In this document: positions 46,646-58,588 of the stretch, piece by piece | Layout: every line of letters starts with the position of its first letter | How positions within the stretch are numbered: position 1 is the stretch's first letter | Assembly: GCA_043228905.1 (NCBI GenBank) | Contig: JBHGNT010000014.1 | Location: 4,278,001 to 4,342,000 of the forward strand | DNA length: 64,000 nucleotides | Reading direction: 5' to 3' | Source: Azolla caroliniana | Taxonomy: Eukaryota; Plantae; Polypodiophyta | Notes under the pieces: generated by a model | What the model saw: the letters and a program-made list of their open reading frames with translations, nothing else | The model's database searches: none | Told to the model about the DNA's origin: nothing | Translations under genes and position numbers: made by a program

Positions 46646-46882
46646 CGTGAATCCGTCATGTTGGGGTTTACCGGAGGCACATACTCGAGGTGCCTTCCAA
46701 ATACCGTAGTATCCACTTTACCGCGTTCTATTGCTCTCTTCCGAGATTCCTCATGAACCACCTCGTGAATCCGTCATGTTGGGGTTTACTGGAGGCACAT
46801 ACTCGAGGTGCCTTCCAAATACCGTAGTATCCACTTTACCGCGTTCTATTGCTCTCTTCCGAGATTCCTCATGAACCACCTC
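46646..46882. repeat. 118-bp near-perfect tandem duplication inside the Copia RT/RH region
   Basis: CGTGAATCCGTCATGTTGGGG...CACCTC starts at 46646 and again at 46764. Confidence 0.9.
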
Positions 46883-46970
46883 ACCACTCCGACTGCATAT
46901 CTGATATCCCGCCAGCTACATACCATCGTGTACATCAAGCTCCCGACGGTAGAAGCATATGGTATCTTCG

Positions 46971-48165
46971 GGGCCTCTAACCAGAGGATATCAAATTCAT
47001 GCGTTTATACTCTTAAGACTTAACGGAAATCAAAAAAGTTTGACAAATTTCATTTAGAAAGGAAAAGAAAAATTACAATCTATCCCAAGATTGGGATTAC
47101 AAAAGTTTAGGGTTTGCGAGATATGACTTTGATAAGAAACAATTAGGTTTCAAATTTATGAGATATGGCTTTCATAAGAAAAAAATTAGGGTTATTCGAG
47201 AGATATGGCGTCCATAAGGAAATTTAGGGTTTTTGATAGATAGTTTCCGTAAGGAAAATTAGGGTTTATGTGAGAGATAGCTTCCGTAAGGAAAATTAGG
47301 GTTTATTTGAGAGATAGCTTCTATAAGGAAAATTAGGGTTTTTGAGAGATAGTTTCCGTAAGGAAAATTAGGGTTTATGTGAGAGATAACTTCCGTAAGA
47401 AAAACTAGGGTTTATGGCTTCCATAAGAAAATTAGGGTTTTTCCCCCCCCCTAAAGATGGCTTTGATCCCCTAAGGACCATTCTTCCCTATGGATGGATC
47501 ATCGAGAGCTAGCTTTTCTCCTCCCTTCACGCACTTGCATGAAGGAACTCCGGTTTCCATCTTCAATTCAATTGCATGCATCCACATGACCTTTACTTTA
47601 CATAAAGTTTGACTTTAGTTGCGTGCGTTCACATAACCTTTACTTTAGATTACTTTGCTTTACTTTAGTTCGTCGCATGATCTGTTTGGTTGCATCTAGC
47701 CCGATCCGGTTCCGATTCCGTCCGGCCCGATTCGGTTGCATCTAGCCCGATCCGTTCGTCGTCTGGTTCCGGTTCGGTCGCATTTGGCCCAGTCCGGTCT
47801 CCGTCCGATCCGTTCAAAACCATTAAGAGTAATTAAGCCACATCCACCAATTCGGACAATGTAACCCAAGTCCAACCTTGAACATTCTGTGCTTCACACA
47901 TAGACATAATATAATAGGTTTTGGCTCTCCTTATATAATCTGGGATCCAATGTTGTCCTATCTATGTGGGATATCTCACAATTTTGTTTTTCTCTTCTTC
48001 TCAAACTTCACACACACATAACTTGATACTTGTTTATCCGTTTCATCTGTAGTAAAATGCGTTATGAAGCTCTTAAAGACATCTATCTTTCCTTATCAAC
48101 CCATTAAGCTAATCTTAAATAATAATTTACTAGTTTTCATATCATGTGTGAAAAACCACACGACA
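46971..48165 (+). mobile_element. 5'-truncated LTR (ends CACGACA) with a telo-box array and TATA box
   Basis: Non-coding insert in Copia pol. Its terminus CACACGACA|CCGG matches the ends of the Trp-primed family. TATATAA lies at 47932. Confidence 0.6.
47106..47440. repeat. Minisatellite of about 10 units of 35-40 bp, nearly all carrying TTAGGGTTT (telo-box)
   Basis: Consensus is roughly AAGGAAAATTAGGGTTTATGTGAGAGATAGCTTCCGT. Confidence 0.9.
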
Positions 48166-50862
48166 CCGGTTCCGGTGTCTTCTTCTTCTTCTTCTTCGTC
48201 GGTCTATTCAGTTTCTTGTCCAAATCCGGGCGGTTCATCAAGGGTCATCCGGTTACCGGGTAAGTCCTTGTGTCCTCAAACCAGTTTTCATTGGATGATC
48301 CGGAGTTCATCACCTTCTTCTCCGACTCCCATTTGGCAATGGTCCGGTCTTCCATGAAGACTACGTCCGGACTCCGGAACACCTTCTTGTTGACCAAATC
48401 CCACACCCAGTAACCGAACTCATCATTGCCGTATCCAAGGAATATGCATGGCTTGGACTTCGGATCTAGCTTTGCTCTCTTGTCCTTTGTGACATGCACA
48501 TATGCGAGACACCTAAACCCCTTTAGATGCCGGTAAGACAAGACCTTACCGGTCCATACTCTCTGTGGTGTGTCTCCATCCAAGGGTATTAACGATGATC
48601 TATTGATCACATACGTCGTTGTCATCAGCGCCTTAGCCCAAAATTTCTTGGGTAGCTTTGCATGTGCCAGCATGCTCCGGACTCTCTCCATCACGGTCTG
48701 GTTCATCCTTTCGGCCAACCCGTTCAATTCTGACTTCTTCAGCACGGTGAATTCGAGCTGGATTCCCTTTGACCAACAGTACTCCTCGAACTGCCCCAGG
48801 TATTCTCCTCCATTATCTGTTCGAACCGCTTTCAGCTTCCGGTCGGTTTCTCTTTCCACTCTCGCATGGAGCTCCTTGAAGACAGATAACACCTAATCCT
48901 TTGTCTTCAGCAATGAAACCCACAGCTTTCGGCTGTGGTCATCTATGAACGTCACAAAGTACTGCGATCCGGCATGTGACTTCATGTACACTTGACATGC
49001 ATCGGTATGCACTAGCTCCAGTGGTGCATTCCGTCTCATCAGTGGTCTTGACCGGAAGGAGGTTCGGTTTTGCTTGCCGGCCAAGCAATCGGTGCACTTC
49101 TCAAGATGCACATCTTTCACCTCTGGAATGAGGTTATCTTCGGCAAGTCTTCTCAATCCCTTCTAGCTCATATGGCACGGTCTCTTGTGCCACAACTCAC
49201 CGGTAGTGTCCAATGCTATGTTCACTTCTTCCTCTTCCGGGCTCGAGCCACAATTAGGCTTCCTTTGCTGAATTTCATGACTCCGTTCCGGAGGCTACCC
49301 GTGTAGCCTTCATCATCTAGCCGACCAACTGATATTAGGTTTAGTCGAACCTCCGGAACGTGTCGGACATCCTTCAACAACAACTTGCATCTGGTTGATG
49401 TCGTAAACAACACATCTCCTATGCCGACAATTCGGCAAGTCCCTTCATTTCCCATCCGAACACAACCGTGATCTCCGACTGTGTAGGATGAGAAGCATCT
49501 CTAGTCCGGTGTCAGGTGGAACGACACTTCGGAATCGACAACCCACATTGTCTCATCGCCGACAAGGTTTAACTCATTCTCCTCGATAATGAGCATCAGT
49601 TCTTCTTCACTTGCCACGATTGCCGATGTTCCCTTCCAATCCGACCCTTTCCGGTCCGAACCATTCTTCGAATCGGCATTGTCAGTTCCTTTCTCTTTCC
49701 GGAAGTGCCAACAGTTTTTCTGGAAGTGTCGAGGCTTTTCACAATAAAAGCAAGTAGGCCTCCCCCTTGACTTTGACCATGTCCCCGACTTTTCCCGGTT
49801 ATGGGGACTCCGGTTCCATTATCTTCCTCTCTGTGCTTCCGATTCGGTAAGGAGGGCTTTAGAGTCGGAAATCATTTCTTTGTCTTTCCGACGCGCCTCT
49901 TCATCTAGCAAGCTCTGTATCTTCGCCAGGTGGTGGTTATAACACAGTATCGCTCTATATATATCTCTCTATATATACAACAGTTATGCACATACAACAA
50001 TATGACAACACACACTTCTATGATTGCCCTAGGTCATTTTTATACTCATATGAACTTAGGACTATTTACAAATATAGCCTCAATAGGCTTACTCAAAACA
50101 TATTTACAAATATGTCTTCTCTTCCGATTCTCACCAGGTCCATCCGATCCGGTTTCCAGATCTCTTCCGGTTCTCACCGGATCCTCTTCATTCATAACCG
50201 GATCCCATCCGGAGGGACCGAAATCCCAACAAAAAGTTCCTTATGCCTCAGCAGTTGGAAGCCATCATGTACACAATGGTATGTACTAGGCCGGACATAG
50301 GATACGCAGTCGGCATGGTTAGCCAATATATGACCAACCCCTAAAGAGAGCATTGGGATGCCGTGAAGTGGATACTTTGGTACCTAAAAGGCACCTCGAA
50401 CGTATGTCTTCGTTTCGGTTCAGGTAACCTCACACTAGAAGGTTATACTAACTCAGACATGTCGGCTAATGTGGATACCATCCGATCCACATACCGATAC
50501 ATAATGACTTATGCACGGGGAGCTATTTTGTGGCAGTCAAGGTTGTAGAAGGTTGTGGCACTGTCAACCACGGAAGCCGAATATATGGCCGTAGCGAAAG
50601 CCGGCAAGGAAATCATAAGGATGAAGGAGTTTATCGATGAGCTGGGAATTCGGTAGGAGGAATTCCAACTCCATTGTGATAAGTAGAGTGTCATCCACCT
50701 TACAAAAAATGTCGCCTACCACTTGAGGACCAAACACATCCAGAGAAAATATCATTGGCTCCGAGAGCAAGTAGAAGAAAATGAGTTTTCTCTAGTGAAG
50801 ATCCACACGGCCGAAATTGATCGAATATGCTGATGAAGGTGATGTCACCCGAAAAGCTAAAC

Positions 50863-51064
50863 TGTTCAGAGTCGAACTCAACTTCCCATAGAAATAGGTT
50901 TCACACTAGCTCATGGACATCCCAGGCTAGTTTCGTGAATAGTAGAAAGGGCCCTTGCCCTAGTTTAGTTGGTATTTAAACCAACCTTTTGTAACTTTGT
51001 TACTGTTGGAAGTAATACATAGTTTTCTCATCTTAAGACTCTCTCTCTCTGTTTCTCATAAGTG

Positions 51065-51109
<45 letters not shown>

Positions 51110-54100
51110 TCCTACCACTGCATACAATCACTCTCACTCTCCTTTCTTTACATGGTATCAGAGCGTGTGGTTTTCTAATGAAGACTAATCGATTATGGTG
51201 TTCTACATACTGACGATCAACAGAACCGGTTCAAGAAACATAGAAGAAATCATCATGAATACCCAGATGAGAAGCGCTCTTCCTACGGAGAAGCTCGACA
51301 GGACAAACTTCGCATCTTGCGACTATAAGATGCATTAGTGCCTTGTCGGACAAGGATACTGGAGCTATATTGAAGGAGCTCATGAAGCGCAACCCAACCC
51401 AACACACGCTAACTATCTTGTTTGGGAGCAGGCCGCAAGTCGTGTGTTGTATTGCCTTGCATCAGGGAAGCGTGGGGCAATCTCAAGAAGATCTTCGCGG
51501 CCAATATAGCTGCCCGCAAGCTTCAGCTTCGTCAGGAGTTGAATGACATTCAACAAAGGGACATGTCAATCGGCACCTATGCCTCAAAGATCAAGGAGTT
51601 GTGTGATGCCCTCGGGTCGATCAATGTTGGCATTGATGACGAAGAAATGGTGCAGATATGCCTTGGAAAGCTTGGCACCTCGATTCAACGCAATAAGGTC
51701 CGTTGTCCTCGCAAGAGAGAATCCTCCCACCTTTTTCGATCTCCAATCAATATTCCTGGTCAAGAAAAATCATGCCCGACAAAGGAGCAACGCACTAGAG
51801 GGTGAGATGCTCTACTCCCAGCCGGATGATAGAAGAAACTTTGTCTGTGGAAATAGAGGTCGATTCTGACAAGGCCGTCACGGTCAGCAGACCCAAGAGC
51901 ATAACTCCCACCAATGGCAGGCGAACAGGAACAATCCCAAAGAGTTTGGTAGAAGGGGGAGTCATCATGCCGGACCAAGCAATCGTGATAACCCAATCAA
52001 ATGCAAATACTGCAGAAAACTCAGTCACTATGAAGAGGAGTGCCGAAAGAAGAAGTGAGAGTCGGCTTCAACCAGCCAACAACTCACAAACTACGCATCG
52101 AATTCCGACTACGACAATCGTAACGGAATATTCACGAATTACGCATTGAATTCTGAGTACGCCGATCATAGCGGAATGTTCATGATGAGGCAAAAATCAC
52201 ACTCAATGGAGACACAAGGTGAAACAAGCACCACACCCTCAAAGAATGTATGGTTTGTTGACTCGGGAGCATCCAACCTCATGACGTCTCATGAAGATTG
52301 GTTTCGGGAATTATGAAAACCCGAACGTCCTAGATATGTCAAGACAGGCGCTGACACGACTCATCCAATACAGCATATCGGGAACGTCCCATTCGACAAC
52401 GACGACAAACAAACCTTCCTCAAGAACGTACTGCATATTCCTACCATCACAAAAAACCTAGTCTCGGTCGGCCAAATTGTCGAACAAGGAATGCAAGTAC
52501 GATTCCACAATGATGGGTTCTTTATCGAAAGAGGTGATCGAGTCGTAGGTCACGGCCGTATGTTTGTCCTCGAATCGAACGAGGTAAAATCGGCAATGTT
52601 TGCAAAGGGCCTCAAAGTCAAAACCGACCTAAACTTGTGGCACAAGAGAATTGGTCACATCAATCTCCAGAAGCTTTAGAATATGCAATTGAAAGGAGTC
52701 ATAATCGAACTCCTGAACTTTAGCACAAAGGAGATTACGGGCGTATGCAAAGCGTGCCAATTCGGAAAGCAACGCTGACATCCATTCACAAAAGAGTGGA
52801 ATGTGAACAAAGGGATCATGGATGTCGTACATTCAGATGTATGGGGACCGGCCCAAAAAACCACACTCGGCAGATGCCGATATTCGGTTACGTTCATCAA
52901 CAACTTCTCCAGGCACACCTGGATCTACCTGGTAAGAAAGAAGAGTGAATTGTTCGGACACTTCCAGAGGTTGAAAGCCGAAGTTGAAAAAACTATTGGT
53001 CGGCACGTACGCCGCCTTCGATCAAATGGAGGCAAAGAATATTTCTTGGATGAGTTTACGGTCGTATCTCCGAAAGGAAGGAATCCGACGAGAATTTTCA
53101 TGCCGTCACACACCTCATCAAAACGGCGTAGCCGAGCGGAAGAACCGACACATAGTAGAGGTTGCACGGGCAATGATGAACGAGAAGAACCTGCCAAAAT
53201 CATACTATGCAGAAGCGGCGAACACGGCCATATACCTCATGAACAGGTGCACAATCTCGAGAGTACACGACGCAACCCCCCATGAGAAGTTTCTTGGTAA
53301 GAAGCCGGACTTATCACATGTTCGTATTTTTGGCTCAATCGCTTATGTGCATAGTCCCAATGATACACGACAAAAGCTCGACCTGAAGTCAAAGAAATGT
53401 ATCCTCGTTGGGTACCTGCTCGAACAGAAGGGGTACAAATGCTACAATCCATGTACCCGAAAAGTTCGAACAAGTCGAGATGTCGTTTTCGACGAGTCCG
53501 CATCCTGGTACGCACCAGAGACAACTTCGACTCCGACTCCGCTCGACCCGGAATACGCTGAAATAGAGGCAGAAGCCGAAGATCGACTTACACGCATCTT
53601 CGACAAAAGTCCAATCATGACCCGAATAAGTGGGCCACAAGAACCTCCGAGTTATCAAAGCACTTCTCTGACGAGCCCAAAGTTGGACAAAGGGAAGGCC
53701 AAAATGTTGGAGTATAAAGACAATTACTTCAACGACAACGAATTGACTCACTCCCTCGATAGTGAGTTTGAAGGCCTTGACATCCGGACAAATGGAGGCA
53801 AGAAAGCCTTAGTATCCGCAAATGAGAAGCTCTGCCGATCCACCCGTGAAAAGAACCTCGTAAGACAATTTAGCTACAACGATTACATGGCGTATCATCA
53901 CGCCTTTATGATGAAGGTAGCGTCAGTACGTGAGCCGGAAACCCTTTCCGAAGCCATAAAGGATCCACAATGGATCGACACGATGAATGAAGAAATGCAA
54001 GCCCTATGCAAAAATGAGACATGGGATCTCATTCCTCACATTCCGCACAAGAAAGCAATTGGTTGTCGATGAATTTACAAAGTAAAACACAATGCCGACG

Positions 54101-55734
54101 GCTCCATAAATCGCTTCGAAGCATGGCTCATTGGGAAAGGATGCGCACAAACGCACGGAGTTGGCTACGAAGAGACCTTTGCCCTAGTGGCAAAGATGAC
54201 AACTGTGTGAACCGTGGTTGCAATCACATCAGCAAAAGGGTGGCACCTCCATCAGATGGATGTGAAGAGCGCCTTCCTCCAAGAGGAACTAGAGGAGGAA
54301 GTGTACATGATCCAACCACCCGGCTTTGAATCGTGCAATCATCTGAACGACGTTTGCCAACTCAAGAAGCCACTCTACGGCCTCAAACAAGCATCGTGTG
54401 CGTGGCATTCGAAGATCGCGCAGTATCTTCATCAAATCGGATTTTGAATGTCAAAATCTAATAATTCTATGTACATCCAAAACGAGTCAAATAGCCCAAT
54501 CGTCATCATCCTATACGTGGATGGATTTGGTCATCGGAGGAAAGGAGCTCGCAGAGATTAACAAGGTCAAATCACTTCTCTTTGGCAGATTCGAAATGAA
54601 AGACTTGCACGAGCTCCATTACTTCTTAGGCATCGAAGTTATTCAGACACCAGTCGGGATAATGATCTCACAACGACACTACGTCCTCAACTTACTCTAC
54701 AAGTTCCGCAGGATGGAGTGCAAACCTGTGTCCACCCCGCTTGATTGTAATCTCAAGCTTGATGTTGATTCCAGAACAGCGGAGTGCGAGCCAACTCAGT
54801 ATCGCCAATTGATCGGCAGCCTCATCTACCTAACCATTACGCGACCCGACCACAACTATTCTGTCGGCCTACTCAATGAATTCATGTAGAATCCGCGAAA
54901 CCTTCATCTTGATTGTGCTAAGAGGGTACTTTGGTACCCCAGTGGTATGATGGATTATGGCATCAGATACAGGTCAAATACGATAATTTTACTCGAAGGG
55001 TACACAGACGTGGAGTTGGGCAGGTTAGAAAGCGGATAGACAATCAACATTAGGATTCGTCTTCTCCCTCAGCAGTGGAGCAATCTCATGGAGTAGCAAG
55101 AAGCAACCGACAGTCGCACTATCGACCAAAGAGACCGAATACAGGGGTGCGGCGGTCACCGTATGCGAAGCCGTATGGCTCAAGCGTATCCTGAAGGATC
55201 TAGGCATACCCATCAAGGATCTGATTCATCTATACTACGACAACATGAGCAGTATCTACCTGGCGCGAAACCCCGTATTCCACTCGCGGATTAAGCATGT
55301 CGAAGTGCACTACCACTTTATCTGCGAACACATGCAGGCTGGAGATATAGACATACACCACATCAACACGAATCTACAGGTAGCTGAGATTTTCACGAAA
55401 GCCCTAGGTATCGACAAGCTGTAGTAGTTCGCATCGAACCTTGGCCTATCTATTCCCGACCAACTGAGCTTGAGGGGGAGTACATAACAATGAACCGATT
55501 GATTGATTGAAGCCGAACAAGGAGTATGCAACTGAAAAGCCGAACAATCGAAGTTCAAAGCGTTCCGAAGACCGATTTGAAACAATTTTTCGATATCTGG
55601 AAGTTTTGATCGAAGGGGCGTGTTGAGAATCGAACTCAACTTCCCATAGAAATAGGTTTCACACTAGCTCATGGATATACCATGCTAGTTTTGTAAATAG
55701 TAGAAAGGGCCCTTGCCCTAGTTTAGTCAGTATT
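50863..55734 (+). mobile_element. Decayed Ty1/Copia with its 3' LTR interrupted
   Basis: 5' LTR 50863-51152, PBS 51153-51164, fragmented gag-pol ~51255-55490. The 3' LTR starts at 55621 and is cut at 55734. Confidence 0.9.
51067..51106. repeat. (CA)20 microsatellite inside the LTR
   Basis: Read directly from the sequence. Confidence 0.95.
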
Positions 55735-58057
55735 TGTTGAGCGAGCAAGCTCAATCGTATTAGGATCTGCTAAATAAGCTAGAGCCGGATCGGTATCCAG
55801 AACGGAGAACGGATCGGTGTCCGGAGGATATCCGGAACCAAGAGCCGGATCAGATTGAAACCGGTAGGCCGTTAGAGGCCTACGGATCCAGCCTAGTACG
55901 TAGGCATATTTTTGGGAGTCAGTGTTAGTCGCTCGTATGAGCATTGAAGTACCTGTTAGTATTTTTGTCAGTCCTTTATGGACTTGTATAAAAGTGCACT
56001 CTGAGCACATTCTATGTACAAAGGATTGTATTTTTTTAATAGAGTTTTTTATGTTCTGATGTCTCTCTGTCTCTCCCGTGTATGCTAAGTACTCTCAAGC
56101 TTCCATTGAACCTGTTTTATTCTCAGATGCTACCCGGCTAAACTGTTTTTGTCAAACCTTCGGCACGCTAACTTTCGCATGGTATCAGAGCGCAGGAGTT
56201 GAGATTCCTCTGCAGTCGACAGACATTTTCGAAGACAAACCCTAACACCCGGTGAAGAACAGTAGAGAACCGAAATGGACATACGTATGGCAAGTTCGCT
56301 TCCCACAAAAAAGCTCGACTGGAGCAACTATGCATACTGGTCATATAAAATGCAGCAGTACCTATGGGGGCATGGATATTGAAGCTATGTGGAAGGAACT
56401 AACGAGGTAGCACCGAAGCTGGCACACAAAGACTTCCCGGCATGGGAGCAAGGAGCCAACTGAGTATTGTACTGCCTCGCGTCAAGTGTGCATGATCAAA
56501 TGCTCGGTTACATCAAGGATGCAAAAACCAAAGGAGGCTTGGGAAAATCTATCGAAGATTTTCACCGCAAGTACCACAACCCGTAAGTTGGAGCTCTGGC
56601 AAGAGCTGAACAACATCTGGCAGAGAGGTATGTCAGTTACAGACTACATCACCAAGATTAAGGAGATCTACAATGCACTCGAATCCATCAACGTAATGGT
56701 GGAAGAAGACGAGATGGTCCAGATCTATCTTGGTGGTCTAGCCCAATAGTATGGGTCAATCCAGACGGCAATTTGCACCCGGGAGAAGCCATTGTCTTTC
56801 TTCGACCTACAATCGATGTTGATGGTCGAAGAAAACCACATGAGTGGGTCGATGACCACTCAATCAGATAGCCAGCTGCTGTACACGGAGGCGGATCGGC
56901 CCCGTGGGCGTGGAGGACAAGGTTGGTCGGCACGCAATGGAGGTGGGTCGGCACACAATGGAGGTGGCCGGCAAGAGCAAAACCGAAGGCACAGAGACGG
57001 TGTCGACAGCACTTCTAGACCCTCCGCAAGTAGGGTAGGTCAAGTTGGAGCCGGAAACCGACAGTGGAAAACCGACACGAAATGTTGGTACTGTGGCAAG
57101 AAAGGCCACAAAGAAAGCGAGTGATGGAAAAAGAGTGCCAATTCGGACAAATCCAAATCCCTAAACCCTAAACAAAACGGTGCGGAGAGAATTCAACTAC
57201 CGATACACACCAGAACAAAATGGTGCGGCCGAAAGGAAGAACCAGTCGATTGTCGACGCGGCAAGGGCAATGCTAGAGGAGAAGAGCATGCCCAACTTCT
57301 ACTGGGTTGAGGCAGTCCAGACAGCCGTCTACATCCAAAATCGGATCAGAGACAAGGTGTCAGCACATGAGTTGTATTTCGGGCGGAAGTCGAATTTGAG
57401 AGACCTTCGGATATTCGGTAGCATAGCATATGTGTATGTACCGAATGAGAAGCCGAGAATGTTGGATCCGAAGTCAGAGACGGGGTATAAATGTCAAAAT
57501 CCCCGTACTAAACAGGTTCGAGTAAGCCGAGATTTTGAGTTTGATGAGTCGGCATCATGGTACTCTCTCCCGATTCCAACTCCCGATGAAGACCCGATTC
57601 CGAAGGATGAAGAAGGATTCGGTACTCTAGATGAGAGTCTGATCTCATTCCGGCTAAGTGGGTCGAATGAGCGGCTGTGTCGGAATGACCATTTAGATTA
57701 AGAACCGACGAGTAGTGGAGACTTTGTCGTGCTCTCCCTGCACAAGAAACCGAGGCGACGGTTCATGCACAAAGAGAAGGGGAAGAAAAAGATCTCAGAA
57801 TACAACACCGGCAGTGAAGAGTCAGATCAGAGTGATTCTAACTCCAGACAAAACAAAGTCAGATCTTCTGAATAGAAATCTGAACTGGCCAAGAAAGGCC
57901 TCAAACCAGTTGACGAAAAATTGTGGCAGTCAACATGCCAAAAGAATACCATAAAACGGTGCGAATACAATGATTACATGTCACATCACTCTGCGTACAT
58001 GACCAAGGTGGCGTAAGTGCATGAGCCGGAGAGCTACGCAGAAGCAGCAAAAGACGT
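55735..58057 (+). mobile_element. Decayed, internally deleted Ty1/Copia (5' part)
   Basis: 5' LTR 55735-56179, PBS 56180-56191, gag from 56275. A deletion at ~57160 removes PR and the N-terminal half of IN. The element is interrupted at 58058. Confidence 0.88.
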
Positions 58058-58588
58058 TGTCGCATTGTTACGTGCATGCGTGGAGAACGAGGCGGGACCA
58101 CGGGGGCCTTGGACCGAGAAATAACCGAATGAGAAGAGGGGAAGGAACCTACCGATGTACTTCACACTCGCACAAACACAGAGATTCACGGGAGTTGCAA
58201 CTAACTCTAAACAATGGAGACAGAACGAATGTATATGTATATATAGATCAAGGAGTTACAATCGGCAAGCCGGCGAGTGATAGGCTCCGACGCCTGCACA
58301 CACACAGAACGCGAGATGGAGACCCTGCCGGAAGCACTCGGGTGTTCCGCGAAGCAGAGTCGGCCTCCCGAAAACCTGCACAGAACGACTATGGAGAAGA
58401 TAGAGGAGAAGAGCTCGGTTCCAGTCTGGCAGCACTTCGTCCGGCAAAACCTATCTATGTACTATACAACAAAACTTGTGCCCACGTGTAAGGGCCGGTT
58501 TACGCACGTTATACCCGGTTTCCGCCTAGGGATGGTTCTCTCCACGACATCCGCCCCCACCTAACTGCACATCCATCGGTATGTGCCA
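58058..58588 (-). mobile_element. 3' LTR plus PPT region of another member of the Trp-primed family (copy 4)
   Basis: LTR TGTCGC...CACGACA at 58058-58549, followed by TCCGCCCCCAC..GCACATCC..CGGTATGTGCC, which matches the pre-LTR sequence of copies 2 and 3. The left flank is ACGT. Confidence 0.78.

Larger units (their letters stand above)
39636..50231 (-). mobile_element. Tnt1/Tork-like Copia, internally deleted, hosting two further insertions
   Basis: 3' LTR 39636-40118 with PPT 40119-40131, truncated 5' LTR ~49918-50231, and perfect TSD AAAAG. IN ORFs at 48245-49156; RH at 46393-46970 and 40150-40338. Confidence 0.9.
34173..50862 (+). pseudogene. Decayed Tnt1/Tork-like Copia gag-pol in pieces (34173-34430, 36559-39635, 50232-50862)
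   Basis: Gag FKLTDANY..WKSKMRDIL, integrase ADNGGEY and RT fragments are present. The frame ...AEMSKVPYASAVGS is split exactly by the AAAAG TSD of the insert at 39636-50231. Confidence 0.85.

Noticed and set aside
47106-47440. Regularly spaced ~37-bp repeats resembling a CRISPR array or a telomere
   Set aside because: The units are contiguous degenerate tandem copies with no unique spacers and no cas genes, in a eukaryotic context. The telomeric motif occurs once per unit rather than as a (TTTAGGG)n tract.
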